Origin: Lytechinus pictus
Taxonomy: Eukaryota
Direction: 5' to 3'
NCBI RefSeq assembly: GCF_037042905.1
Contig: NC_087251.1
Location: 5,210,001 to 5,274,000, forward strand
Length of the DNA stretch: 64,000 nt
The position numbers and the translations under genes are program-made. The notes under the pieces are model-generated. The model saw only the letters and a list, made by a program, of their open reading frames with translations, made no database searches and was not told the DNA's origin. Position 1 is the stretch's first letter; every line of letters begins with the position of its first letter. This document shows positions 40,715 to 52,520 of this stretch, in pieces.

Positions 40715-41578
40715 CTGTGAAGAAATGAATCAAACAAACAATATATTTCAATATTGTACAAGTTTGTTTAAAGGGAAGCATATTTTCCAAGCATTCTAAG
40801 TTTTCTACTACCCTGAAAGACAAATGACCAAGTAGGAGAACACTGTCTTAATACATGTATAACATATCAGGGGTGAGAACATTCCAGAAGTACTTATACC
40901 TTCTCCTTCATATTAAAACTACATTCCTACTCACAAAATCATCTTTTAAATGGATCTTCTACAATGAAAAGTATAAAGACTAAAATGCTTGAATATATGC
41001 ATTAGCATCCAGAAGATCATCACCATCTCTCTGATAACTTTCAAGACAAAAGAATGAATACCCAACAAAAGAAAATGTAAGTGTATTCCTTTTGACCAGA
41101 CCTATCTCTATATTCTTAGATTTTCTATGACAAAAAAAATGTTGCCTTTCAAATTAAAAGTATCAAAAGGCTTCAGCAGTTAGAAATTTACTGACAATTA
41201 CAAGGACAGTCTTTTAAAAGGGAACTTCTAAATAGAGCACTGTACTGTTGGGTAGTCTTTGTATTTATACCTGCTGATTGATAAAATGAAGTAGGTCTAT
41301 TGAGAAGTTTGACACCTGTGACTTTGATCTGAAGTCATCAGTCAAAAGGAATTCCTATATAATAGGGTACTTTGATCCTTTATTCCTTGGCAATATTGTT
41401 TGTTGTGAAGAGTAAAGTGGATTTCTAGTAAGATTAAGAATACATGAAACAATAAAGGAAAACACAGTGCTTGTAGTTATAGGAGATTAATTAATTCAAT
41501 GAGGCTGCGGTGCTTTACCTTTATATTAGTGTACCAACTAGTGTTGAAGATGAATATTGTGAATAAAATATAGACATG

Positions 41579-42604
41579 GGGCCCGTTTCTCAACACATGG
41601 ACAAGTTAGTCATATCTTTATCCACCAACCACGGAGTTAGTTCCAATCTTACTAAACCTGTTTCTCAAAAGGCTTCCTAACTAGAATACCTTGATATCGA
41701 TACTATCGGTAAAAAGAGCAGACGAGACGTAGCCTTAGTCACAAAATAGCATAAAATTCAAAAAGAAAAATTATTACAAAATTGCAAATATTACGATGAA
41801 TTGGGAAATAAATCTTTTCAAAATAATAGCACAGGTGAATTATGCATCATACATACTTAGACCATGAAGACTGGAGCATTCAATTGCAGAGAAAATTAGA
41901 TTATGAATAATTCATTTTATGACTAAAAAATCACTTGTGGACGCTGAGATGGGTACCCCCGGGAGACCCAATTTTAATAGTTTACGAAAGTAAACCATAA
42001 CGGTTTTCTTTGTAAAATGATGATAATTATACGGACTTTTACGATTCCAAACGTCATCAAAATATAGTTTAACGAAACATTTTTAATCATTGATACCGAA
42101 AGATACGATATTGGACAAATTATATGCATAAATTATAGATAGAATTCATCCAACTGTTAATAGGGGTCTGAAAACAACAAATACGAGTTCAGTTATGAAT
42201 GGCCTGACGTGGTAGAATCTTTATCGATTAAATCATTTTACTATTTCAAAATTAATGGTTTTGTGGCGTTTACCAACAGTTTTTATAGTTTCTTTGTATT
42301 ACAATTATCATTGAATGCATTAACCCACTTGTTTTGTGATGTATATTTCAACCTCTACCATTGATTACGTAAGTTTATAATTTTAAAATTTCTAGGCACT
42401 TTCGCATGTCAGTCTACCCACGTGATGCCACTACGTCATTAAGAAAGAAGTTAAGACAGGTTCGGAGGTGTCATAAATATTTAGTGAGGTTGTTGTACCC
42501 GATCTTGGTAAAGAGGGCTTCGTGAAACGGTTAGCGGACAAGTAGCTCACTATCTCCGATTTAGTCAAGAAGTTAGACTTATGACGGTGTTGAGAAATGG
42601 GCCC
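41579..42604. mobile_element. Harbinger-type MITE, copy A (1026 bp)
   Basis: atg|gggcccgtttctcaacac ... gtgttgagaaatgggccc|atg with a 3-bp TSD ATG; reverse complement of 44185-45204. Confidence 0.9.
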
Positions 42605-42646
42605 ATGGTGTCTTCTCTAGACTTGATTTGATTAATTCCTAATTAC

Positions 42647-42682
42647 CTGCCCATGTTGTTTGCCACTACCATAATCTGCCAT
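42647..42682 (-). CDS. Candidate first coding exon of the zinc-finger gene (MADYGSGKQHGQ; exon 42647-42713)
   Basis: Minus strand: acceptor ttttacaatcttgacag|, Kozak-like aagATGg, 12 codons and a phase-0 donor CAG|gtaatt matching the phase-0 acceptor at 40714. Confidence 0.6.
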
Positions 42683-43614
42683 CTTGAAGTACATGTAACC
42701 AAACGGCTAATACCTGTCAAGATTGTAAAAAGGGAGAGTATCCATTATTCTTATAGGAGTGGGCTATACAGGGGTCAAAATGATTTTTTTTTACCTTAAC
42801 ATCTCATCATTAAATGACAATATTTTTGGTGTTGGGTCAAAAGAAAAAAGTATGTCAGCCAAAAACCAAAGATAGCTGCCATTTTCCCAGACAATCGCAT
42901 TTTTGCCATAATATTGTAATTTTGTAGAATTCCATATGCATGTCTTGATAAATATCACAGCATTCAGTAAAGCAATGGTGACATTGCAAACCAAAAATCT
43001 GACCTTTTTTGTTATAAAATGCTGAGTTGTTGGAAAATTTAGGAATAAGCATGTTATTTATTTATACTAGAACTTACAAGATGAATTTGTTTTTAATGAT
43101 TCTTTCAGCCTGATGAATTAATTTGAAATTTCAAATTGCTTTGAAAATTAGATGACATTAACATCAAGTGACATTAAAGGGGTTACAGTATCTTTTTCCC
43201 CTTTTAAGTTTATTTCCCCCCGTTTTGGTGCATTTCAGGCCAAAACGGAATAATAATCTTTATTTTGGTTCAGTAAATTTTTTATATTTTTATGAAATAA
43301 AGACAAAAATCGATGAGCCCAGTCGGGGGGATTTTGCATTGTTAACCCCTTAATGGTGGCTGCACGATTACGAGCCGTCTGTGTACGAGGAGAAATTAAA
43401 AAATAAAAAAAATGTTTAAAAACTCCTCGAAACAGACGTATGGCTGCCAGCTGTCTAGATGCCAGCCGGCAGCCAGCCGTCTGTCTGGTACGGTACCGTA
43501 CCGTGGTATCTTACAACATGTCTAATGTTAGTCTAGGACTAGGTACATGTACCCTAGGTAGGTCTATTCTTAATTTGGATTCTTAAATGATTGAGTAAAA
43601 TGAACTGAACTTAC

Positions 43615-44184
43615 ATTCAACAGGTAAAGTGCAGTGGCCAACTCGAGCCCGGCCCCAGGCCCAGCGCGGCCGCCCCGATCAATCCCGCCTAGCCGTAGGG
43701 CTACAGACACAGCTCTCTCTCTCTCTGAGTCTGAGACTCTGTATCTGTTAGGTGATCCCCGGCCCTCCACTGTTTTGGAGATTCTCAGAAACAAATAGAA
43801 CAATTCCCAGTCTGGTAAGTTAGAGATTCAACATCAAGTTGGAGCGGTGTTCATGAATTTTATGTAGAAAAAGAGAGATTTGAGGAGCAGACTATTATTC
43901 ACTTCGGAAGGGAGACCAGGTTGATGGGTTAAATTAAAATTGGTGTGGATCACCATGGACGTACGTACAACAACACCAAACTATCGGACTCGCAGTCGCT
44001 CCAAATCTCTATCAGGCTAGCTCGATCTTGAAAGCAAGCAAGCGCAAGCGAGCTGGCTGTATCACCTGACTTTCTTAATTTTGATCATGTGACTCAATTA
44101 TACGCTCATCACACACGTACATAGAGATATATACTTAGTATACATCTCTATGCACACGTACACCGCACTGTCATCATCATCCAG
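43615..44184 (-). promoter_or_regulatory. CpG-rich promoter / non-coding first exon region of the zinc-finger gene, probably shared with GLO1
   Basis: GC/CpG-rich stretch 43630-43700, minus-strand donor gaat|gtaagt at 43609-43614, E-box-like tcatgtgac at ~44085; lies between two divergent genes. Confidence 0.5.
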
Positions 44185-45204
44185 GGGCCCGTTTCTCAAC
44201 ACCGTCATAAGTCTAACTTCTTGACTAAATCGGAGATAGTGAGCTACTTGTCCGCTAACCGTTTCACAAAGCCCTCTTTACCAAGATCGGGTACAACAAC
44301 CTCACTAAATATTTATGACACCTCCGAACCTGTCTTAACTTCTTTCTTGATGACGTAGTGGCATCACGTGGGTAGACTATGACATGCGAAAGTGCCTAGA
44401 AATTTTAAAATTATAATCTTACGTAATCAATCATAGTGGTTGAAATTACATCACAAAACAAGTGGGTTAATGCATTCAATGATAATTGTAATACAAAGAA
44501 ACTATAAAAACTGTTGGTAAACGCCACAAAACCATTCATTTTGAAATAAGTAAAATGATTTAATCTAAAAAGATTCTACCACGTGAGGCCATCCAATATT
44601 GTACTCGTATTTGTTGTTTTCAGACCCCTATTAACAGTTGGATGAATTATATCTCTAATTTATGCATATAATTTGTCCAATATCGTATTTTCGGTATCAA
44701 TGATTAAAAATGTTCCGTTAAACTATATTTTGATGACGTTTGGAATCGTAAAAGTCCGTATAGTTATCGTCATTTACAAAGAAAACCATCATGGTTTACT
44801 TTCGTAAACTATTAAAATTGGGTCTCCCGGGGGTACCCATCTCAACGTCCACAAGCGATTTTTTAGTCATGAAATGAATTATTCATAATTTAATTTTCTC
44901 TGCAATTGAATGCTCCAGTCTTCATGGTCTAAGTATGTATGATGCATAATTAACCTGTGCTATTATTTTGAAAAGATTTATTTCCCAATTTATCATAGTA
45001 TTTGCAATTTTGTCATAATTTTTCTTTTTGAAAATTATGCTATTTTGTGACTAAGGCTCGTCTGCTCTTTTTACCGATAGTATCGATATCAAGGTATTCT
45101 AGTTAGGAAGCCTTTCGAGAAACAGGTTTAGTAAGATTGGAACTAACTCCGTGGTTGGTGGATAAAGATATGACTAACTTGTCCATGTGTTGAGAAACGG
45201 GCCC
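44185..45204. mobile_element. Harbinger-type MITE, copy B (inverted relative to copy A)
   Basis: cag|gggcccgtttctcaacacc ... gtgttgagaaacgggccc|ctg; colinear reverse complement of 41579-42604 with scattered substitutions. Confidence 0.9.
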
Positions 45205-45207
45205 CTG

Positions 45208-47288
45208 GGGCCTGTTGCATGACGAGATGCGCGATACGTAGGAACGTCCTAGGACCATTCTTTCGAGATAGGAAGATTGGCGACAAATCAGCGCTTTCCG
45301 TTTCACGAAGGCAATTTTGTCTTCCAAGTCCGCGACATCGTTTGATATCGATAGTATCGGAAAAATATTTAGTCTTCATCGTCACCTGAACCTTTTATTT
45401 CTGAATGACGACTTTACATAAAATCCGATATTTCAATAAAAGGAGATCAAATAATGTTTTATTTATTACTGATAGTAGAATTGATGTATGGAGCTTACTT
45501 TATGAGGTTAAAAGAGAAAAAACTTTAAAGATTCACAAACATAACTAAATAAAATCGAAATTTTCATTATTTCCCTTATTTAGGACACGGTGTCCTTTTA
45601 GAGACACCTTTCTTTGATATTTCAACGAAAGAGACCCTTGTCCGACATAAAAATTGATTTAACTAAGTAATTTCGACATTTATTAGTTCAATATTCTGTA
45701 TTTTTATAGAATACTTGTATATAATGATAATTTTGCAAATTATGCGTTAATATGTTATTTGTTGAGGTAAATATAGGGTTTGAATGGAGTAAACAAAATC
45801 AACAGTGTCTGATTGTATGAGACTAAAAACGAAAATATGAGAGGCTGCGTGTGAAAAATCTAATTTATTTATTTTATTTGTCAGATATAACGCAAGAAAT
45901 ACAAATGTGAGTGTTTAGAGTATAAACATACCTCAGTTGCATGATGAGTAACAGAAGAAAATGAAAATATGAAAATTGCTGCAAACATGTCCAAGTGGAT
46001 AAAGTAGTACTTTGCAATAATAAATAAAAAATAGAAAAGGTGTGAATCAATCCGCAATGGAAAAAAATACTTTTACAGAAATAATGCTAAATATGACAAC
46101 GATCATAAACGCTGGTCATATTTAAAGATGATCACTTAATTTATGGAAGCTTATATAAGAATATAAGGTTTAAGAAATAACATAAAAAATATATATGTTC
46201 AACATTTCAAAGTCAAGGAGTATAGAGATTATATGCTATGACATAAGGGCCGAAAGGGGCCTACCCTAAGATTTAAAATGCGCCTCTTCGTATGGACTTT
46301 CCATAATCTTTTCTTTAATGAACTTATCTTCATTTGTAATGATTGTGATGGATTCGTAAGCTATAGGCTTAATCTGTATCTTAAATTCAATATTAGCTGC
46401 AGGTTTTTTGTTTTGTTTCACTGTTTCAAATCCAACAATTAATTTTCTTTGATTAAAATAAATCTCAGCAAAAAAAATAATTATAATGAAAATAAAATAA
46501 ATAAATGATTTAGCATGTTTAACATCTTAGTTTTGTTTGTCTTGTTTTTTTTTTTGCTGAATGTTATTGAACACGTTTCATTTACCTTACATAATTTCTT
46601 TTAAAGAAATTTGTTGTTTATCTATAATAAGAAAGAATGAGGGGTCGGCTAAAGAGATATAGTGCCGCCCATTTCAAGTATTTCAAGTTTATTTTTTTAA
46701 TAGAAAAGGGGTAGGGATAAGACGGAGGGAGAATAGAAGAAAACATATTTTAAAAAAATATTTGGCCCTATACATTACCCCCGGGAATAATACATGTACC
46801 CTGGAGAAGTTAAAATGACATCCGTTTTTGGTCGTCCTGTCGTGCAAAAAGACGACCTGAAATTGATGACAACTAGCCCCATATAAAAAATAACTTGGCG
46901 CCATCCCAGATAAAATGCATCAGAGTGCAACCAAAAAAATGTTTAGAGGTTATATGTCAGTGTGGCTTGCCGTAAATGCATTTTCTCTCAATGCCGACGG
47001 TGGCGAGCGGTGTGCAAAGAAGATCATGCCTACGTAGGACATGTCTGGAGGTGTCTTTCCAAGGACCATTCTTCATATCGCCCAAATCGGCTTTGTGAAA
47101 CAGTTGAGCGATATCTCGTTCTTACGTAGAATGGTTCTACGAAAGACCCTTTCATGCAACAGGCCCCTGGAGGTGTCTTTCCAAGGACCATTCTTCGTAT
47201 CGCCCAAACCGGCTTTGTGAAACAGTTGAGCGATATCTCGTTCGTACGTAGAATGGTTCTACGAAAGACCCTTTCATGCAACAGGCCC
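45208..47288. mobile_element. Harbinger-type non-autonomous element with a duplicated right end
   Basis: ctg|gggcctgttgcatga ... tcatgcaacaggccc|ctg (45208-47166), then a second copy of the last ~120 bp ending caggccc|cag (47288). Confidence 0.85.
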
Positions 47289-47413
47289 CAGTGTCAGATC
47301 ACACATGCACACTGCACTTGGCTCTTTTGAGACAGCCTACGTAAAACTAAAAGGTCATAAGTTTTGATCTGTAATTCAACTAATTATATGAATTATTGGT
47401 GAGCATATAAACG

Positions 47414-47488
47414 ATGGCTGAATCAAAGAATTGTCTGCCAGCTGAAGAAGTAGATGCTTGCTGCTCTGAACCTGATGCTTCAACAAAG
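47414..47488 (+). CDS. GLO1: Lactoylglutathione lyase (glyoxalase I), exon 1
   Basis: acgATGg; MAESKNCLPAEEVDACCSEPDASTK|gtaatc resembles the animal GLO1 N-terminus (..CCS..D.STK); phase 0 joins exon 2. Confidence 0.9.
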
Positions 47489-47714
47489 GTAATCTCAAAA
47501 TATGCGATAAACAGATAAAACGAGTACCGGTACCGGTCATGCCGTTACTGACTAATTAAATGTGTAAATGCAGTCTTGACCACTCGTTATCCCCGACCAT
47601 TTGCCATACAGCAAAAGGTAGGGGATGGGACTAGAGGTATGTGAGGCGTAGTCACATACACAAAATTTGTTTTAAAAATGTAAGACTAAGAGTAATAGAG
47701 TTTGACTTGAATTA

Positions 47715-48087
47715 ATTCAAATCTTCAATTCAAAATCACAAGAGGTATTGATCGGATAGATCTGAGTTAGTAATAGTAGCCTGTTCCATCTTGATGATAA
47801 TAAAAGGACCAGAGATCATAGTATGAAATTCAGGAAATACAGATATAGATTACAGACACGGCAATATGCTTTTACAGTTAGAAGCATTAATAACTGGAAT
47901 GCTTTGCCTGAAGTAGCAGTTTCTGCTACTACATGTAGTGTAAATGCATTTAAATCTGCAATCGAGAGGCACTGGAAATCCCATCCATTAAAATATTCAC
48001 CATACCAGAGACAACCCTACGTGACGAGGGACAAATTAGCTTTATAGCTTTATGTCTCTACATCCAAGTAAATCCAAGTAAGTAAGG
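47715..48087 (+). mobile_element. CR1 LINE 3' end
   Basis: RTRDHSMKFRK..RLQTRQYAFTVRSINNWNALPEVAVSAT..VNAFKSAIERHW is the typical CR1 ORF2 C-terminus; tail atccaagtaaatccaagtaagtaag. Confidence 0.8.
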
Positions 48088-50150
48088 AAGACTTACCAGT
48101 CTTTCCCCCATAACAAAAGTTGATCTTCCTTCCGTTGTTGCTGTAATTTATCTTGGAATCAACGATATATTGTCATTTATCGAAAATTCGAAAGACACTA
48201 AAATATCGTCGGAATGTATCGGGAAATTTGTCATTTTCAGCAGCAACGCATAGACTTGTACGTAGAGGATGTAACGCGCCCTCTTGTGCTCAATTAAAGA
48301 AAGCTAACGGAAGCGACCACACCAATGACCTCTACAGAGCTGTACAAAGATGCTTCTCACCACAGATACCAGTTTCCGGTGATGCTTCTATTTCGAAGCT
48401 CCGAGATCCAGCGATAGTAGTGTGGGGTTGTAAAATGATACAGTTTATGGGGGAAAATAAATGTTCAACTGAAGAAGGGAATAACATAAGCTCAATCATA
48501 CATCTAACAGAAGCAAACGGAGAGGAGAAGAGGGAACTAAACTCGATGACACAGGAACAAAATGGAACTTAACTCTAAGTCTGGTAGTGCACTGTTTTAT
48601 TTGCTGGGCTAATTTGCCTCAGCTAAACTCATAATGGCAATACCAAAATTAGCATATATTTAAATTACACAAAATCAACCAATGAAAATCAAGAGAATGG
48701 AGGAGCCAACTGAAAGTGGAAAAGTCTAATTCATAAAAATAACCAATAAGAGATAGATGATGGAGATGAATAAGATGTTGGGATGATTACATAATAAGAA
48801 TGTTGAACAAAAGAATCAGATGTGGGAATGTAATGAATGAACACATCTGAATAGGAAAGGAATGACGGGAGAAGTAGGTTGAAAGTCAAATGTAAATGGA
48901 TGACAACAGAAGCATGGAGAATTTAAACAAAGCTGAACTAAATACCAAAGCTTGAACTACAAATAACTAAACTATTACAGGAAACCAAATGTCAAAATAA
49001 CAGTCCTACAGTAGTCTCTTTCTCCCCTGACACTCAGTATTTTTTTTGAATATTTTATACACAAGAATAATTGTTTTAGCGCCATCAGCTTTGTTTATTC
49101 TGTAATGAACAGTATCTTGTCGTACGGTGAAAGGAAATATGATACTTTTTGGGGGGGTTATTGCTTCTTCTCTCGATCCCTCTCTTTTTGTTGAGTACTA
49201 TCATTGAGGGTTATTTTGGTTTTTCTATTATTTTTCATATTGTTGTTGAATAGTAATTTTCATCATCATATCACTTTTGTAAGCCCCCATTTTGTACCGC
49301 CCTGAAATTAATATGGGTGAAGGGTGGAATATGAAAAGGGGCAAGGACCTCAAGTGATAAAACAGATCATAATTACGTTCCAATTTTTTTTTTCTTTCTT
49401 TTATTTATCCCCTTGAAAGCCATAGAACAGATTTGTTATAAATGTTCATTTTATGTGATAATTTGTAAAAAAAATAATAATTTCATTTGATTGTAATCCT
49501 TTTTTTTTATTTGAAATAAATAACATTAACTTGAAACTTTCCCGCCCTCCCCCTTGAAAATTTGGATCTGCCCCTAAATAGGCCTTTGTGGTAAGAGATT
49601 TTTCATTTCATTTATTTTTTAATGAAAATCCTATAGGTTTGGCTTTTATATCAATTTGTATCGATACGAAACAAAATTGCAAATTTGTCTTGATTGAGGC
49701 TACCAAGACTTCCTTACCAGAATGCATTACGAGCAAAGTTTCGTCGAAACCTCAACGGTCAGTGGTCCAAACGGGTTGATGAGCCTCTATGGTTTCGTGA
49801 GATCTTTTTTCTTTTTCGATTTGTCACTGTCGAACACCATAGACGTAATGGAGGCAGCTGGAAGAGGTTCACATAGAGAAATCGGTGAGTTTTTATTCAT
49901 TTTTTGTATTGTATTGATGACTTTAATGTTATTTCCGTCAGAATAACGTTTTGAATCAACGGATCAGTTCAAGTATGAATTGATTCGCAATGCTTTGGGC
50001 AACGGATGGAGGGAAAATGAGCAATGTATATTTCTACAAATGGAAGGCATACAGGCTAACAGCCGAGAACGAGGTTATATTATAACCTCGTTCGTAGGAT
50101 GAGTGGTCTTGACCATTGTTGACTCTACTTGTCTTGACTCTTCAGTCTAA

Positions 50151-50766
50151 AAGGTTGGTCACATTTGCTCTACGACTACGGCGGCCGTACGGCGAGTCAA
50201 AAACAGCCGTTTTAGCATTTTATTTTAGTTACCGTACTGTTACATTAGACAGCTGGCAGCTGTCTGTTTCGAGGAGTTTTTTAACATTTTATTTTTTATT
50301 TTTTTCTCCTCGTACACAGACGGCTCGCAGCCACCATTAGGGGGTTAACAATGCAAAATCCCCCCGTCCGGGCTCATCGATTTTTGTCTTTATTCCATAA
50401 AAATATTTAAAAAGAACTTGTCCAAAATAAAGATTATTATTCCATTTTGGCCTGAAATGCACCAAATGGGAAAAAAATAAAAGGGGGAAAAAACAGTGAC
50501 TTACTTCAGCTGTCACGCAACTCCCACTTCCTGGTTTGGTTTATCCGAACTTAATACATAAACATATGGCCATTGAGTCCCTGTACAGATCGAGATAGAA
50601 CTTCGGTCTCTGTATTTGGTGATGGAGCCAACAGAGTTCAGCGGAACAACCAACATAACAGAGATCGATGCTTTTGGTCTAGAGCTACATATTTTGTATA
50701 AAAATGAATAAAACGGCTGTTTTCAACTCGCCGTACAGCCGCCGTAGAGCAAATGTGACTGAGGTA
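50151..50766. mobile_element. Harbinger-like MITE
   Basis: About 60-bp TIRs gtcacatttgctctacg..gcggccgtacggcgagt..aaaacagccgtttta / taaaacggctgttttcaactcgccgtacagccgccgtagagcaaatgtgac, with TWA flanks. Confidence 0.75.
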
Positions 50767-52520
50767 TTAGTCTTGTCATGTCATCCACACTAACAGGCAC
50801 AGGCAGGTTAAAAAATGAAGGGGGGGGGGCCAACTGCGCACCTAACAATTTAATGGCATTTTAATATCCTGGTTTAATTCACCAGTCAATTCACTGCCGT
50901 TTATTTCGTCAGTGCTGGTGACTTCTTTCAGTTCAGTTCAGTTCAACTATTCAATTCCCATATTCTAAACATTTTACAATACATTGCCTTGGGTAAAACA
51001 TGCAATTCAAGATGAAATATAGCACTTCAATAGTATGAACATACAAATTGGTATTGAAATTAGGTATACCGGTAGCTGTAAAAAACCATGAAGGTCTTAA
51101 TAACATAAGATTTGATCAATTAATAAAAACGGAGAACAAGTTCAGTGAATATTCAGTAAATAAAAATGAATTGCGTCTTGCACCAAGACAAACCCCAGAA
51201 CAAACATACATGAAAAGGGTAGGAGAGAATGAAAAGCAGAGGGGGGGGGGACTGAGAGTAGAAAGATGAAAAAACATTTAAAATTCAACGAGAGTCACGT
51301 TTGAAAATATAGCTTTAGATTGTGCTTAAATCTGTTATAAAATGAAATTGAGGTTGTACATGTAGGGAGTGAATTCCAGAAAGGCTGTATTTTGATGCCC
51401 TCACATGAAATTCCTGATTTTCAATACTTGAGGTTTTCCACCATTCTGATTCAGGGTTTTTTTAATGTATATCTGTCTATATATACAAGTATTATAGGTG
51501 TAAAATTTGTGGCCTTTGCCTATTAGAATCGTGCTGATACTCGCATGTCCAGAGAAAGGGGCACTGCTCAGAAATGGGGCACTAACAGCGGTGGATCCAG
51601 GTAGGGACACATCTGACCCGTGCCCCCCCCCCCCCTTTGAGAGTAACAGCAAATATTTGTCAGGGGATGAGGGATATGTATACACAAGTGAGGATCTTTT
51701 TTCTCAAAATTTTCTTTGACATAATTTTTCATTATTTGGGAGTGAAGACCTTTTTTTTTTTTTTTTTTGCTTGTCAAATTATTCCTCACATAAATCCCCA
51801 TTAATTAGGAGCAAAGATCCTTTTTTTGGGGGGGGTCTTTTTAATTTTTTGTCAGTAAAAAATGCCCCCTTCTTTTGGGCGGGTTAGACTGATGTGACTG
51901 AAGGCTTCAGTCTCTGTTTGTCGGTTCCACTGGACTACGTCTTGTTTAGGAGGAGGAATAAAACAAGGCATAAGCGATGTTGTGTCTCACCCACTTTTTG
52001 AAATAATCAGAATTATCGCGATTTGCGACGGCATGCAACAGAATTGTATCAGAAGTTTATTGTGAAATAAGTGGGATGTAATAACCTTATAAAATATGGA
52101 AAGGGCTTTTTTATAAAATGCCACTGCATTTTCACCTGCATCTATTGTCGTTTTTTATATGGATTATACTAGCATTGATATTTTTCATTTGTGAAGGTGA
52201 AAAGTGTTTGTGGTTGTAGTCTAGCTGAGAGGTTTAGATGATATAGTCCAGACCTTTCGTTGGACAATGCGAACGCTTATTTGCGATGGTAGTTGATTTT
52301 GGAAGAGACTTTTGTGCCCGTCGTCATGGTCGTAAAACTCTGTCCTGCAATGCAAATTGTGTGACATGAGATTTTTTTTTTGTTTCGCATCTGGAACGGA
52401 AACATTCAATCTGCTTTTCGTGTGCAAAATTCTGAGTTGCTACTATGGTAACAGCAATATATCCGATTTAGGATGACTTTCCAAAGCCACATTTGGTTCC
52501 TCCCAGAGCTCGAGAGGCCG

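Noticed and set aside
48097..48111. Minus-strand ATG GGG GAA AGA CTG|gtaagt (MGERL), phase-compatible with the zinc-finger exon
   Set aside because: It would require overlap with GLO1 exon 1; the exon at 42647-42713 has an acceptor, Kozak context and a nearer promoter. Not excluded as an alternative start, but unsupported.
49848..49884. + strand ATG...ATC G|gtgagt as an alternative GLO1 first exon
   Set aside because: A phase-1 donor is incompatible with the phase-0 GLO1 exon 2, and there is no protein similarity.
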